From Buchnera aphidicola str. APS (Acyrthosiphon pisum) (lineage in GTDB: Bacteria > Pseudomonadota > Gammaproteobacteria > Enterobacterales > Enterobacteriaceae): DNA of 32,000 nucleotides. Below, in pieces: positions 19,801 through 29,699 of the stretch. The stretch's first letter is position 1; every line of letters starts with the position of its first letter. The position numbers were made by a program, and so were the translations under genes. The notes under the pieces were generated by a model. The model searched no databases. It saw only the letters and a program-made list of their open reading frames with translations, and had not been told where the DNA came from. Location: NCBI RefSeq assembly GCF_000009605.1, contig NC_002528.1, positions 120,001 to 152,000 of the forward strand, in the 5' to 3' direction.

Positions 19801-20136
19801 ATGAGTTTTTTTATTCAAAATGCTAATGCTGTAGTAAATGGAACATCGGAAAGCAGTAATTCATATTCATTAATATTTATGGCTGTAATATTTTTATTGA
19901 TTTTTTATTTTATGCTTTTCCGTCCTCAACAAAAGAAAGACAAAGAACATAAAAATCTTATCAATTCTCTTGTTCAGGGAGATGAAGTTATAACAACTAG
20001 TGGTTTATTGGGACGAATAAAAAAAATTACAAAAAATGGATATATTTTACTTGAATTAAACGAGACCACTGAAGTATTTATAAAACAAGATTTTATAGTA
20101 TCATTGTTACCTAAAGGTACTTTGAAATCTTTATAA
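19801..20136 (+). CDS. yajC: Sec translocon accessory protein YajC
   Basis: 111 aa with a single TM segment followed by FRPQQKKDKEHKNLINSLVQGDEVITTSGLLGRI. It follows tgt as in E. coli. The SD AGGAG is upstream. Confidence 0.92.
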   Translation: MSFFIQNANAVVNGTSESSNSYSLIFMAVIFLLIFYFMLFRPQQKKDKEHKNLINSLVQGDEVITTSGLLGRIKKITKNGYILLELNETTEVFIKQDFIVSLLPKGTLKSL

Positions 20137-20187
20137 TTTTTTTAAAAAATAATGTATATATGACAATTTTTTTATTTTTATGTCTAT

Positions 20188-22260
20188 TTAGTATAAATAA
20201 GAAAAATCTGCTATTTTAAAAAAAATTTTTTTTAATTTACTTAGTAAAAGCAATCGATTTAACCGTATTTTAGAATCAGAATGATATATTTTAACTTTCT
20301 TAAAAAAATTATATATGGGATTTTCAAAACTTTTTATTTTTATTAAAATATCATTATATTTTTTTTCTAAAAATAAATTTTTTGTATAATTATCAAATTC
20401 TTCTATATTATTAAATAATATGATTTCTTCTTTTTCAATCATTAGTTTTTTATTAATATCTCCATTAATTTTTTCTTTTTCTTTTGCTAAAATGTTAGAT
20501 ATTCTTTTAATAGACAATATTATTGATTGTGAATCTTTTAATTTTTTAAAAAAAGATATAGCTTGTATTTTTTTATGAATATCTATTAGTTCGATTGATT
20601 TACATGACAATACTGATTTAATAATTTTTGCACTATATCCTGTTTCTTCATACCAGTGAAATAGTCTTATCATAAAAAATTTGATCATTTTGTCAAATAA
20701 GATTAAATCATCTTCATTTTTTTTGTTATATAGAGAAAGACTTTTTTTAATCAAATCTTCTAGATTTAATGGTATATTCTTTTCTAAAATAATACGTATT
20801 ATTCCTATAGCTAAACGTCTCAATGCAAATGGATCTTTATCTGAACTTGGAATGTTTCCTATATAAAACATTCCTGATAAAGTATCCATTTTATCAGCAA
20901 TTGATAATCCACAACCTATAGGAGTACACGGGAGTTTATCTCCTGAAAACCTGGGTAAATATTGTTCTTCAAGAGCAGTAGCAACATCTTTTTTTTCTTT
21001 GTCTTCTAGAGCATAATACATGCCTATTTTACCTTGTAATTCTGGAAATTCACATACTACATCAGTTACAAGATCACATTTAGATAAAAGTGCAGCTCTT
21101 ATTGAATCTTCTACATCACTAGAACTATATTTAGCAATCCATTTTATAAGTAATTTAATACGTAATGTTTTTTCATATAACGAACCAAGATTGTTTTGGA
21201 ATAAAACTTTTTTAAGAGATAAAAGACGAGATTCTAATTTTACTTTTCTATCGTTCTTAAAAAAAAATTCAGCATCTGAAAGTCGTGCATGCATTACTCT
21301 TTGATTTCCTATAATAATTTTTTCTGATTCTTGTGTTTGAATATTAGAGATAAAAATAAAATATGGCAGAAGTTTTTTTTCAGAATTATATATTGGAAAA
21401 CATTTTTGTTTTTTTTCTATGGTATTTATTAGTATTTTTTTAGGAATTTGAAGAAATTTTTCTTGAAAATTTACTAAAAGTGCTTTTGGCGATTCTACTA
21501 AAGCTGTTACTTCTTCTATTAATACGTTATTTTTTTTTATAAATCCTTTAATTTTTTTTGCAATATTTTCAATATCTTCTATAATTTTTTCTTTTCTAAT
21601 GAAATAGTCAGCAATGATATTATTTTTTTCAAGAAGAATTTTAGGGTAATCTTTTGCATCTTTTATTTTTATTTGACTATCTTTTGAAGAAAGATGATTT
21701 TGAAGAAGGTTTTTAGACGTAATATTAAATACATCTCCTGGAATAACTTTTTTGTCCAATAAAATCACAATGTTACGAATAGGACGAGAAAACTTCTGAT
21801 TATCTTGTCCCCATCTCATAGATTTTTTAATAGAAATATTTTTAAGAGCAGATTCAGTGATTTTGGGAATTAATGATTCAATGTTTTCCTGTTTTTTTCT
21901 TGTTTTATAAAACAACCATTCACCTTTTTCATTTTTCAAACGTATAGCTTGATTTATATTGATTCCACAATGTTTCAACCAACGTGTAGCTGCTTCTGTT
22001 AAAAATCCATCTTTATCATAAGAATTTATTATTGATGGACCTCTTTTTTTTATTTCTACAAACCTCTCTGTTATATCAATATCTTTAATTTTTAATGCAA
22101 GTCTTCTTGGTGTAGAAAAATATTTAATGTTTTTGTATGAAATATTATGAAAATCTAATTCTTTAATAAAGTTTTTATAAAAATATAAAGATATTTTTGA
22201 AAGCAGTCTAGCAGGTAGTTCTTCAGTCCCTATTTCAATTAATAATATTTTCTTTGTCAT
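20188..22260 (-). CDS. glyS: Glycyl-tRNA synthetase beta subunit
   Basis: 690 aa. [20 protein letters not shown] matches E. coli [20 protein letters not shown], and the protein is collinear throughout. Confidence 0.95.
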
Positions 22261-23173
22261 GTATTTCTCTTTTTTTATGACACAACGGAAAGCCTAAATT
22301 TTTTCTTAAATTTAAATATTTTATTGCAACTTGAGAAGTTAATTTTCGAATGCGTAAAATATAACTTTGACGTTCATTTGAAGATAAAGATTTTCTTGCA
22401 TCTAATAAATTAAATATGTGGTTTGCTTGCAGTATTTTTTCATATGATACTAATAATAATGGTTCTTTTAAATTTATTAATTTTTTTGCTTCTAGTTCAT
22501 ACTTTTTAAAACAATCAAATAAAAAATTAACATCAGAATATTGAAAATTATACTGTGATTGTTCTCTTTCATTTTGTTGAAAAATATCGCCATAAGTTAT
22601 TTTTTTATGGTTATATTCATTCCAAATAAGATCATATACATTCGACTTGTTTTGCATGTGCATAGCTATTCTTTCTAAACCATATGTTATTTCTACACTG
22701 ACAGGCTTGCATTCTAATCCACCTACTTGTTGGAAATAAGTAAATTGAGTGATTTCCATCCCATTTAACCAAACTTCCCAACCAATACCCCACGCACCTA
22801 AAGTAGGATTTTCCCAGTTATCTTCTACAAAACGTATATCATGTATTTTTTCATCTATATTTAATAAATATAATGAATTTAGATAAATATTTTGAATATT
22901 ATTTGGAGGAGGTTTTATAATAACTTGAAATTGGTAATAATGTTGCAAACGATTAGGATTTTCTCCGTATCTCCCGTCAGAAGGACGACGACAAGATTGT
23001 ATATATGCAGCATTAATAGGTTCTGGTCCAATCGTTCCTAAAAAAGTAATATTGTGAAACGTACCTGCTCCTATTGGTAGATCTAATGGTTGAAAAATAG
23101 TACATCCTTGCTGCAACCAGTATTCTTGTAAAATTGTAATTAACTTATGAAAGTTATTATGATAATTTTTCAT
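22235..23173 (-). CDS. glyQ: Glycyl-tRNA synthetase alpha subunit
   Basis: 312 aa from the ATG at 23173. [24 protein letters not shown] aligns with E. coli [25 protein letters not shown]. The core is very conserved ([61 protein letters not shown]). The ORF-track ATG at 23203 adds 10 unmatched residues. Confidence 0.93.
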
Positions 23174-23767
23174 TAAAAATCCAGACAGAATATTGAAAAA
23201 CATACTTTATAAATTTAAAATTTTTAGTACTATTAAAAAATATTTTTTCACTTTATAAGAATAATTCTTAATTTAGTGAAGTATGTCTTTTTTTAAAGCA
23301 TTTTTTCTTTAAAAAAAAGATTAAGAAATCTTATATTAAAAGAATACAATGATATAAATGAAAAAGAAAGAAAATTATTAACGAAGAAATATATGAAACT
23401 AATTATAATACTTTTAATTCATTTCAATAATTATTCTTTCATAAATAAAATAGTTTTTATATACAAAATAGTATTTTGTAAAATTGCTATTGTGGGTGAT
23501 GTAATATAGTACAATAAAAATTATTATAGTTAGCAATATATTATTAACTATTTTTAATAAATATTATTATGTAAGTCAAACCATTCTATCGTTATATGAT
23601 AAGAAAAAATTAATTCCCGTGTATTGCCAATTTTTTTATGAATTTTTTATAAAAAACAATGAATTAAAAATATTCACTTTATTTTTATTGATTAAAATAT
23701 ATTTTCTCAGTATCATATTATTTTTAATATAAAAAATTTATTTTTTTCATTAGAAATAAAAATAATT

Positions 23768-23795
23768 TTGACTAATATTCATATTTTTCTATCAT
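23768..23795 (+). promoter_or_regulatory. Putative sigma70-type promoter for nfo-rplY
   Basis: TTGACT (23768-23773), a 16-nt spacer, then TATCAT (23790-23795), about 70 nt upstream of the nfo ATG. This is sequence pattern only. Confidence 0.3.
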
Positions 23796-23867
23796 GTTAT
23801 TCTGTTTTATTTTTTAAGTTTCTTCAAAAATATTACAATATAAGTTTTTTTATAGGAAAAAATAAAA

Positions 23868-24713
23868 ATGAACTATATTGGTGCACATGTTAGTTCTTCT
23901 GGGGGTTTAGAAAAAACAGTATTACGTGCCATTCAAATAAAAGCAACAGCTTTTTCTTTTTTTACTAAAAACCAGCGTCAATGGTTCTCTCCTCCATTGA
24001 TTCAAAAAAAAATAGATCAATTTAAAGCAATGTGCATCAAATACAGCTTTCAACCCCAACAAATTTTACCTCATAGTAGTTATTTGATTAATTTAGGTCA
24101 TCCTATTGATGAATTACTAAGAAAATCTAGAAAATCTTTTATTGATGAAATGATTCGTTGTAGTCAACTCGGTTTAATTTTTTTAAATTTTCATCCTGGT
24201 AGTCATCTAAACAAAATCACTGAAAACGCTTGTTTGTTAAGGGTTTCTGATTCTATTAATATAGCTTTAGAGAAAACTCAAAATGTAATTGCAGTTATAG
24301 AAAATACAGCTGGACAAGGGACTAATATAGGATATTGTTTTGAACATTTATCTGAAATTATTAAAAATATTGACGATAAATCTAGAGTCGGAGTATGTAT
24401 TGATACTTGTCATCTATTTGCATCAGGATATGATTTACGTACTAAGAAAGACTGTGAAAATACATTTGAAAAATTTAATAGTTTAATAGGTTTAAAATAT
24501 TTAAAAGGAATACATTTAAATGATTCCAAGAAAAAAATTAATAGTCGTGTTGATCGTCATGAAAGTTTAGGATTAGGTGAAATTGGAACAGCAGCTTTTA
24601 CATGGATTATAAAAAATGAAAATTTTTCTAATATTCCAATTATTTTAGAAACAGCAAACCCTATGATATGGGAAGAAGAAATTGATTGGTTGAGATCTCA
24701 AAAAAAATTATAA
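23868..24713 (+). CDS. nfo: Endonuclease IV (AP endonuclease)
   Basis: 281 aa. [14 protein letters not shown] matches E. coli MKYIGAHVSAAGGL. Metal-ligand motifs are present ([46 protein letters not shown]). Confidence 0.95.
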   Translation: MNYIGAHVSSSGGLEKTVLRAIQIKATAFSFFTKNQRQWFSPPLIQKKIDQFKAMCIKYSFQPQQILPHSSYLINLGHPIDELLRKSRKSFIDEMIRCSQLGLIFLNFHPGSHLNKITENACLLRVSDSINIALEKTQNVIAVIENTAGQGTNIGYCFEHLSEIIKNIDDKSRVGVCIDTCHLFASGYDLRTKKDCENTFEKFNSLIGLKYLKGIHLNDSKKKINSRVDRHESLGLGEIGTAAFTWIIKNENFSNIPIILETANPMIWEEEIDWLRSQKKL

Positions 24714-24747
24714 TTAAAAAATTTAATACATTTTAAGAGGCTTAAAT

Positions 24748-25035
24748 ATGTTAACACTTCAAGCAGAAACAAGAAAAGAAAAAGGTACTGGATTTAGTAG
24801 ACGACTACGTATTCATAATAAATTTCCAGCAGTCTTATATGGAGTCAAAAAAACTGAAATTTTACTTATATTAGATCATAACACCACCTTTAATTTACAA
24901 AAAAAGATAGAATTTTATAAAGAAAATTTGCTATTGTGTGTTCAGGATAAAAAATATAAAGTTAAAGTGCAAGCCATTCAGCGACATTCGTTTAAATCAA
25001 AATTATTACATATTGATTTTTTGTATGTCGAATAG
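24748..25035 (+). CDS. rplY: 50S ribosomal protein L25
   Basis: 95 aa. ..[27 protein letters not shown] matches E. coli ..[27 protein letters not shown]. The SD AGAGG is upstream. Confidence 0.93.
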
Positions 25036-25104
25036 GTACAATTAATATTATTATTGTAATCGCACTTATTTTTTTAAGAAATATATTCTTTTCTAATTTT
25101 TTTA

Positions 25105-25875
25105 TTATGTTCCTAACAATATAGTAGAGAAAATTTCTCTAAAAATTAACATTGTAGGATGAAATTGTATCGCAATCAAACTTAAAATTCCAGAGGACAT
25201 AGTTAAAATTGCTAACCATCCTATTTTCTTCTTAGTGAAAAAAGAAGTTCTATTATCTATATGATTTTTTCTCATTTTCCACCATTTTGATATTAGCCAT
25301 ATTCCTAGCCATATTAAAATTGAAATAAGTAATAACAACCATTTAAAATAATAACTTTGAGAACTTTCAGGTATTTTTATAGCGATACCTGTGACTATAC
25401 CAGGAAAAAAATATACTGGAGGCCATAATATACACCCAATAATACTAGGAAAGACAAATTTTTTTAATGGGAGTTTTAACATTCCAGAAACCATTGGAAT
25501 TAAAGGTCTTGTTGGTCCTATAAATCGTCCGAGAATAATAGTCAGCATGCTATGTTTATCTAAAAAAGATTTAGTTTTATCGAGTAATTTTTGGTTTTTT
25601 TTCAAAAAATTAAAATTATATAGCCAATTCTTAAAATACAACCCGATATAATATGATATCCAATCTCCTAATAAACATCCTGTTGTACCAGATATCCAAG
25701 CGGGATAAAATGATAATTTTCCATCACCGATAAATGTTCCTAATGTAGTCATTAAAATAATACCAGGAAGCAATAATCCTACTAATGCAAGAGATTCTAA
25801 AAAAGAAACGATGCCAACTACCAAGAGAGAGTATACTAATGACTGTGTTATAAAAGATGTTAACCAAGATTCCAT
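25105..25875 (-). CDS. yabI: DedA-family inner-membrane protein
   Basis: 256 aa, collinear with E. coli YabI (..FITQS.VYSL...FLESLALVGL.LPG; GRFIGPTRPLIPMVSGML; GCILWPPVYFFPGI). Confidence 0.88.
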   Translation of the reverse strand: MESWLTSFITQSLVYSLLVVGIVSFLESLALVGLLLPGIILMTTLGTFIGDGKLSFYPAWISGTTGCLLGDWISYYIGLYFKNWLYNFNFLKKNQKLLDKTKSFLDKHSMLTIILGRFIGPTRPLIPMVSGMLKLPLKKFVFPSIIGCILWPPVYFFPGIVTGIAIKIPESSQSYYFKWLLLLISILIWLGIWLISKWWKMRKNHIDNRTSFFTKKKIGWLAILTMSSGILSLIAIQFHPTMLIFREIFSTILLGT

Positions 25876-26061
25876 AAATTCTCATTATTTTATAGGTTTT
25901 TTTATATTAAAACTAAATTTTTACGTAAATATTTTATACTTTATATTTTTTTTAAAACAACCTCAAGAAAATATTTTAAATTTATTTTTTTTAATCCTTT
26001 GGAAATAAATTATAAAAATATTTTAGTGTTAAACACCTTATTTATAAAAAGAAGAATTTGA

Positions 26062-27354
26062 ATGAAAATATGTATTTTTATATTTTTTTATATTTTTAGT
26101 AGTATTTTTTATGTTTTAGCTAAAAATAATCAAGTAGACAATATTACAGCTATTGTGAACGATGAAATCATATTAAATAGCGATGTAAATGAAATTCTTG
26201 TTTTTTTAAAAAAATCAAAGAAAAAGTTTATAATTCCTCTAAAAAGTGATTTTTTAAAAGAAAAAGTCCTTGAAAAATTAATTGTAGATTCTTTAATATT
26301 ACAAGAAGCAAATAGTAAGAATATTAATATAACTAAAGAACAAATTGACACTGTAATCAAAAATATTGCTTTGAAAAAACATATTAGTGTTGATCACTTT
26401 AAAAAACAGATTTTATTACGAAATATTAAAAATCCTTCTTATTATGACAATTTCATAAAAAAAATAGAAATATTATTAAAAATGAAAACAATTCAAGATT
26501 ACGAATTGCACAAACGTATTAATATTTCGGAACAAGAAGTTAACACTATTTTTAAAAAACTTATAAAAGACAATGAAAAATTTAAAAAGATAAATTTAAG
26601 CTATATTTTACTTCCTTCTTTAAAACAAGATTCTGATAATGCAGTTAGAAATAGAACAAAAATAGCAGAAAATATCGTATATAAACTAAAGAAAGGTTAC
26701 GATTTTGAAAAATTGTTAATAGAGTGTGAAAAAAATAAATCTACTTTTATAGTAAAGAAAATGTTTTGGAAACCTCTTTTAGATATACAAAATAGTTTTT
26801 TTAAAACTTTAAATATTTTTAAAAAAGGACAGATTTTAGGACCTATTGTTGGAGATAAAGGACTTTATATTTTAAAAGTTAATGATATTCATCATAAAAA
26901 AGAAAATATCGTCACTGAATTTTACATGCAACATTGTTTGATAAAACCTTCTGTGATTCTTACAAACACAGAAGCAAAGAAAAAGATTTTTAATATATAT
27001 GAAAATATCAAAAAAGGAATTTATACTTTTGATGATGCAGTCAAAAATTTATCTGATGATTATTATTCATCTAACAAAAAAGGTGATTTGGGATGGATTT
27101 CAAAAGAATCATTGGGTTTTGATTTAAATAAGAAATTTTTAATTTTAGATAAAAATGAAATAAGCGAGCCTGTTAAGTCTAATTGGGGATGGCATATATT
27201 TAAAATATTAGATCGACGTCAAGTAGATGCATTTTATAAATTAAAAAAAAACCAAGCTTTTAATATTGTATTAAACCAAAAAATAATATCGGAAAAAAAT
27301 CATTGGATAGAAGATCTGAAAAATACTGCTTATATAGAAATTATAAGATCATAA
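26062..27354 (+). CDS. surA: Periplasmic chaperone / parvulin-type PPIase SurA
   Basis: 430 aa with an N-terminal signal-like hydrophobic segment. AIVNDEIILNSDV matches E. coli AVVNNGVVLESDV. The second parvulin domain is retained (GDLGWISKE.., NWGWHIFKILD). Confidence 0.9.
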   Translation: MKICIFIFFYIFSSIFYVLAKNNQVDNITAIVNDEIILNSDVNEILVFLKKSKKKFIIPLKSDFLKEKVLEKLIVDSLILQEANSKNINITKEQIDTVIKNIALKKHISVDHFKKQILLRNIKNPSYYDNFIKKIEILLKMKTIQDYELHKRINISEQEVNTIFKKLIKDNEKFKKINLSYILLPSLKQDSDNAVRNRTKIAENIVYKLKKGYDFEKLLIECEKNKSTFIVKKMFWKPLLDIQNSFFKTLNIFKKGQILGPIVGDKGLYILKVNDIHHKKENIVTEFYMQHCLIKPSVILTNTEAKKKIFNIYENIKKGIYTFDDAVKNLSDDYYSSNKKGDLGWISKESLGFDLNKKFLILDKNEISEPVKSNWGWHIFKILDRRQVDAFYKLKKNQAFNIVLNQKIISEKNHWIEDLKNTAYIEIIRS

Positions 27355-27404
27355 ATATCTTTTTTTTTAAAATATTTAAATATTTAATAATTAACTATAA
27401 ATTT

Positions 27405-28229
27405 ATGATGCCAAAAAATTTTAAAAAACATTTGCCTCTAAAAAAATACGGACAAAATTTTCTTATAAATAAAGATACCATTAAAAATATTATTAAAATT
27501 ATTGATCCTAAGACAACAGAAACATTAGTCGAAATTGGTCCAGGATTGGCTGCATTAACTAAACCCATGTGTGAATTGTTAGAAGAATTAATTGTTATTG
27601 AAATAGATCAGGATTTATTGTTTTTATTAAAAAAACGTTCTTTTTACTCAAAATTGATAGTTTTTTATCAAAATGCTTTAAATTTTAATTTTTTAAATTT
27701 ATTTCATAAAAAAAAACAATTAATTCGTATTTTTGGAAATTTGCCATATAATATTTCCACGTCTTTGATTATTTTTTTATTCAAACAAATCAAAGTTATT
27801 CAAGATATGAATTTTATGTTGCAGAAAGAAGTTGCCGAAAGATTAATTTCTACCCCTGGGAATAAATCTTATGGTCGTTTAAGTATTATATCCCAATATT
27901 ACTGTGATATTAAAATATTATTAAACGTTTCACCTGAAGATTTTCGACCTATCCCTAAAGTACATTCTGTTTTTATTAACTTAAAACCTCATACTAATTC
28001 TCCTTATTTTGTTTATAATGTGAATATTCTAAGTGCTATTACAAAAGATGCCTTTCAAAATAGAAGAAAAATATTACGTCATAGTTTGAAAAATTTATTT
28101 TCTGAAAAAGAATTAATTAAATTAGAAATTAATTCCAATTTACGAGCTGAAAATGTTTCTGTGTCACATTATTGTAAATTAGCTAATTATTTGTATAAAA
28201 AATCGAATAATCTTTTAAAAATTAATTAA
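27405..28229 (+). CDS. rsmA: 16S rRNA (adenine1518/1519-N6)-dimethyltransferase
   Basis: 274 aa from the ATG at 27405. MMPKNFKKHLPLKKYGQNFL aligns with E. coli ..HLARKRFGQNFL. The motifs VEIGPGLAALT and FGNLPYNIST are present. The ORF-track start at 27303 lies inside the surA 3' end and adds 34 unmatched residues. Confidence 0.92.
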   Translation: MMPKNFKKHLPLKKYGQNFLINKDTIKNIIKIIDPKTTETLVEIGPGLAALTKPMCELLEELIVIEIDQDLLFLLKKRSFYSKLIVFYQNALNFNFLNLFHKKKQLIRIFGNLPYNISTSLIIFLFKQIKVIQDMNFMLQKEVAERLISTPGNKSYGRLSIISQYYCDIKILLNVSPEDFRPIPKVHSVFINLKPHTNSPYFVYNVNILSAITKDAFQNRRKILRHSLKNLFSEKELIKLEINSNLRAENVSVSHYCKLANYLYKKSNNLLKIN

Positions 28230-28273
28230 ATTATTTTTTAAAATTTTACATTTATTTATAGAGATCATAATAT

Positions 28274-29098
28274 ATGAGTACTTATTTTATAAGTGATATA
28301 CATGGTTGCTACGAAGAATTTAGAATTCTTTTAGAAAAATCATCTTTTAATGATAAAAAAGATTATTTATGGATCGCAGGTGATTTAGTTTCTAGGGGTC
28401 CAGACTCTCTTAAAGTTGTAAAATATCTTTATTCATTAAAAGATAGAGTACAAATAGTTTTAGGGAATCATGATATAAATTTAATTGCTGTACATGCTGG
28501 TATAAAAGATAATAAAAAAGAAAATTATTTTGATGAATTTTTATCTTCACCGGATAGCGTGGAGCTCATAAATTGGCTGCGCTGTCAATCTTTTTTAAAA
28601 GTTGATGAGAAACGAAAAATTATTATGTCACATGCTGGAATTAGTCCACAATGGGATATTAATATAGCAAAAGTTTGTGCATTAGAAATTGAAGATCGCT
28701 TGTCTCATAAAAATTATGCTTTATTTCTAAAAGAAATATATCATAATAATATAGATTTTTGGAGATTGAACTTAAATCAATTAGATAGACTACGATATTC
28801 CATGAATTCTTTTACAAGAATGAGATATTGTTATCCTGATGGTCGATTAAATATGTTTTGTAAAAAATCTCCTGATTTTGTAAAATACCCGTTACGCCCA
28901 TGGTTTTTAATGCCATCCAGTATTTCTAAAGTTTATTCTATTTTTTTTGGACACTGGTCTTCTTTAAAAGGAACTCATGTACCTAAACCTTTTTTCCCAT
29001 TAGATGCTGGTTGTTGTTGGGGTGAAGAATTAGTTATGTTGCGATGGGAAGATGGAAAATGGTTTTCGCAAGCTTATTTATCAAAAAAATGCATATAA
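28274..29098 (+). CDS. apaH: Bis(5'-nucleosyl)-tetraphosphatase, symmetrical
   Basis: 274 aa. MSTYFISDIHGCYEEF matches E. coli MATYLIGDVHGCYDEL. Metallophosphatase motifs are present (GDLVSRGP, GNHD, SHAG, GHW). Confidence 0.93.
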   Translation: MSTYFISDIHGCYEEFRILLEKSSFNDKKDYLWIAGDLVSRGPDSLKVVKYLYSLKDRVQIVLGNHDINLIAVHAGIKDNKKENYFDEFLSSPDSVELINWLRCQSFLKVDEKRKIIMSHAGISPQWDINIAKVCALEIEDRLSHKNYALFLKEIYHNNIDFWRLNLNQLDRLRYSMNSFTRMRYCYPDGRLNMFCKKSPDFVKYPLRPWFLMPSSISKVYSIFFGHWSSLKGTHVPKPFFPLDAGCCWGEELVMLRWEDGKWFSQAYLSKKCI

Positions 29099-29124
29099 GA
29101 AATTGATGTTTTAAAATTATTGTT

Positions 29125-29610
29125 TTATCTTGATAAAATTTCAAATGAATAATTGTATGGATTCATTTTATTTTTGGTATTTTTTTTTCTAAATAATGTT
29201 TTCCAATATGGATATAACTTATATTCAGGAAAATAAGCATCACCAACAATATCAATATCTATATGAGTTAAATATAATTTATTAGCATAAAATAGCATTT
29301 CTTTATATATTTTAGCACCACCAATAATCATAATTTCTTGATTGTATTGTGCAGATATAATTGCATTAGATATTGAATCAGCCCAAATAATACCCTCTTG
29401 TTTGATTTCATTGCTACTAATAACTATGTTTTTACGCATTGGTAAGGGTTTTTTTTTAATAGACTCCCAAGTTAATCGACCCATAATTATGTTTTTATTA
29501 ATCGTTTTTTGTTTAAACCATTTTAAATCTTCTGGAAGATACCAAGGTATTTTATTTTTATATCCGATAACTAAATTTTTAGATATAGCAGCAATTAAAC
29601 TTATATTCAT
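29125..29610 (-). CDS. folA: Dihydrofolate reductase
   Basis: 161 aa. MNISLIAAISKNLVIGYKNKIPWYLPEDLKWFKQKTINKNIIMGRLTWESI is collinear with E. coli [50 protein letters not shown]. Confidence 0.94.
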   Translation of the reverse strand: MNISLIAAISKNLVIGYKNKIPWYLPEDLKWFKQKTINKNIIMGRLTWESIKKKPLPMRKNIVISSNEIKQEGIIWADSISNAIISAQYNQEIMIIGGAKIYKEMLFYANKLYLTHIDIDIVGDAYFPEYKLYPYWKTLFRKKNTKNKMNPYNYSFEILSR

Positions 29611-29640
29611 GTGAATATAGAGAACATCCCTTCATATAAA

Positions 29641-29670
29641 TTATAAATATGTTTCACAACATATTTATAA
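29641..29670 (-). terminator. 13-bp perfect inverted repeat between the carB stop and the folA start (weak terminator or processing/regulatory hairpin)
   Basis: TTATAAATATGTT (29641-29653) pairs with AACATATTTATAA (29658-29670) around a 4-nt loop. Only one pair is G-C. On the transcribed (-) strand it is followed by UUUAUAU. Confidence 0.35.
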
Positions 29671-29699
29671 AAATTGTTTGTTATTTAAGTATCAGTCAA

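Noticed and set aside
29608-29628. A 6-codon mini-ORF (ATG TTC TCT ATA TTC ACA TGA) on the minus strand whose TGA overlaps the folA ATG and which follows GAAGGG. I considered it as a translational-coupling device.
   Set aside because: The SD-like GAAGGG directly abuts the mini-ORF ATG with essentially zero spacing, which is unfavourable. ORFs this short are abundant by chance. There is no further support.
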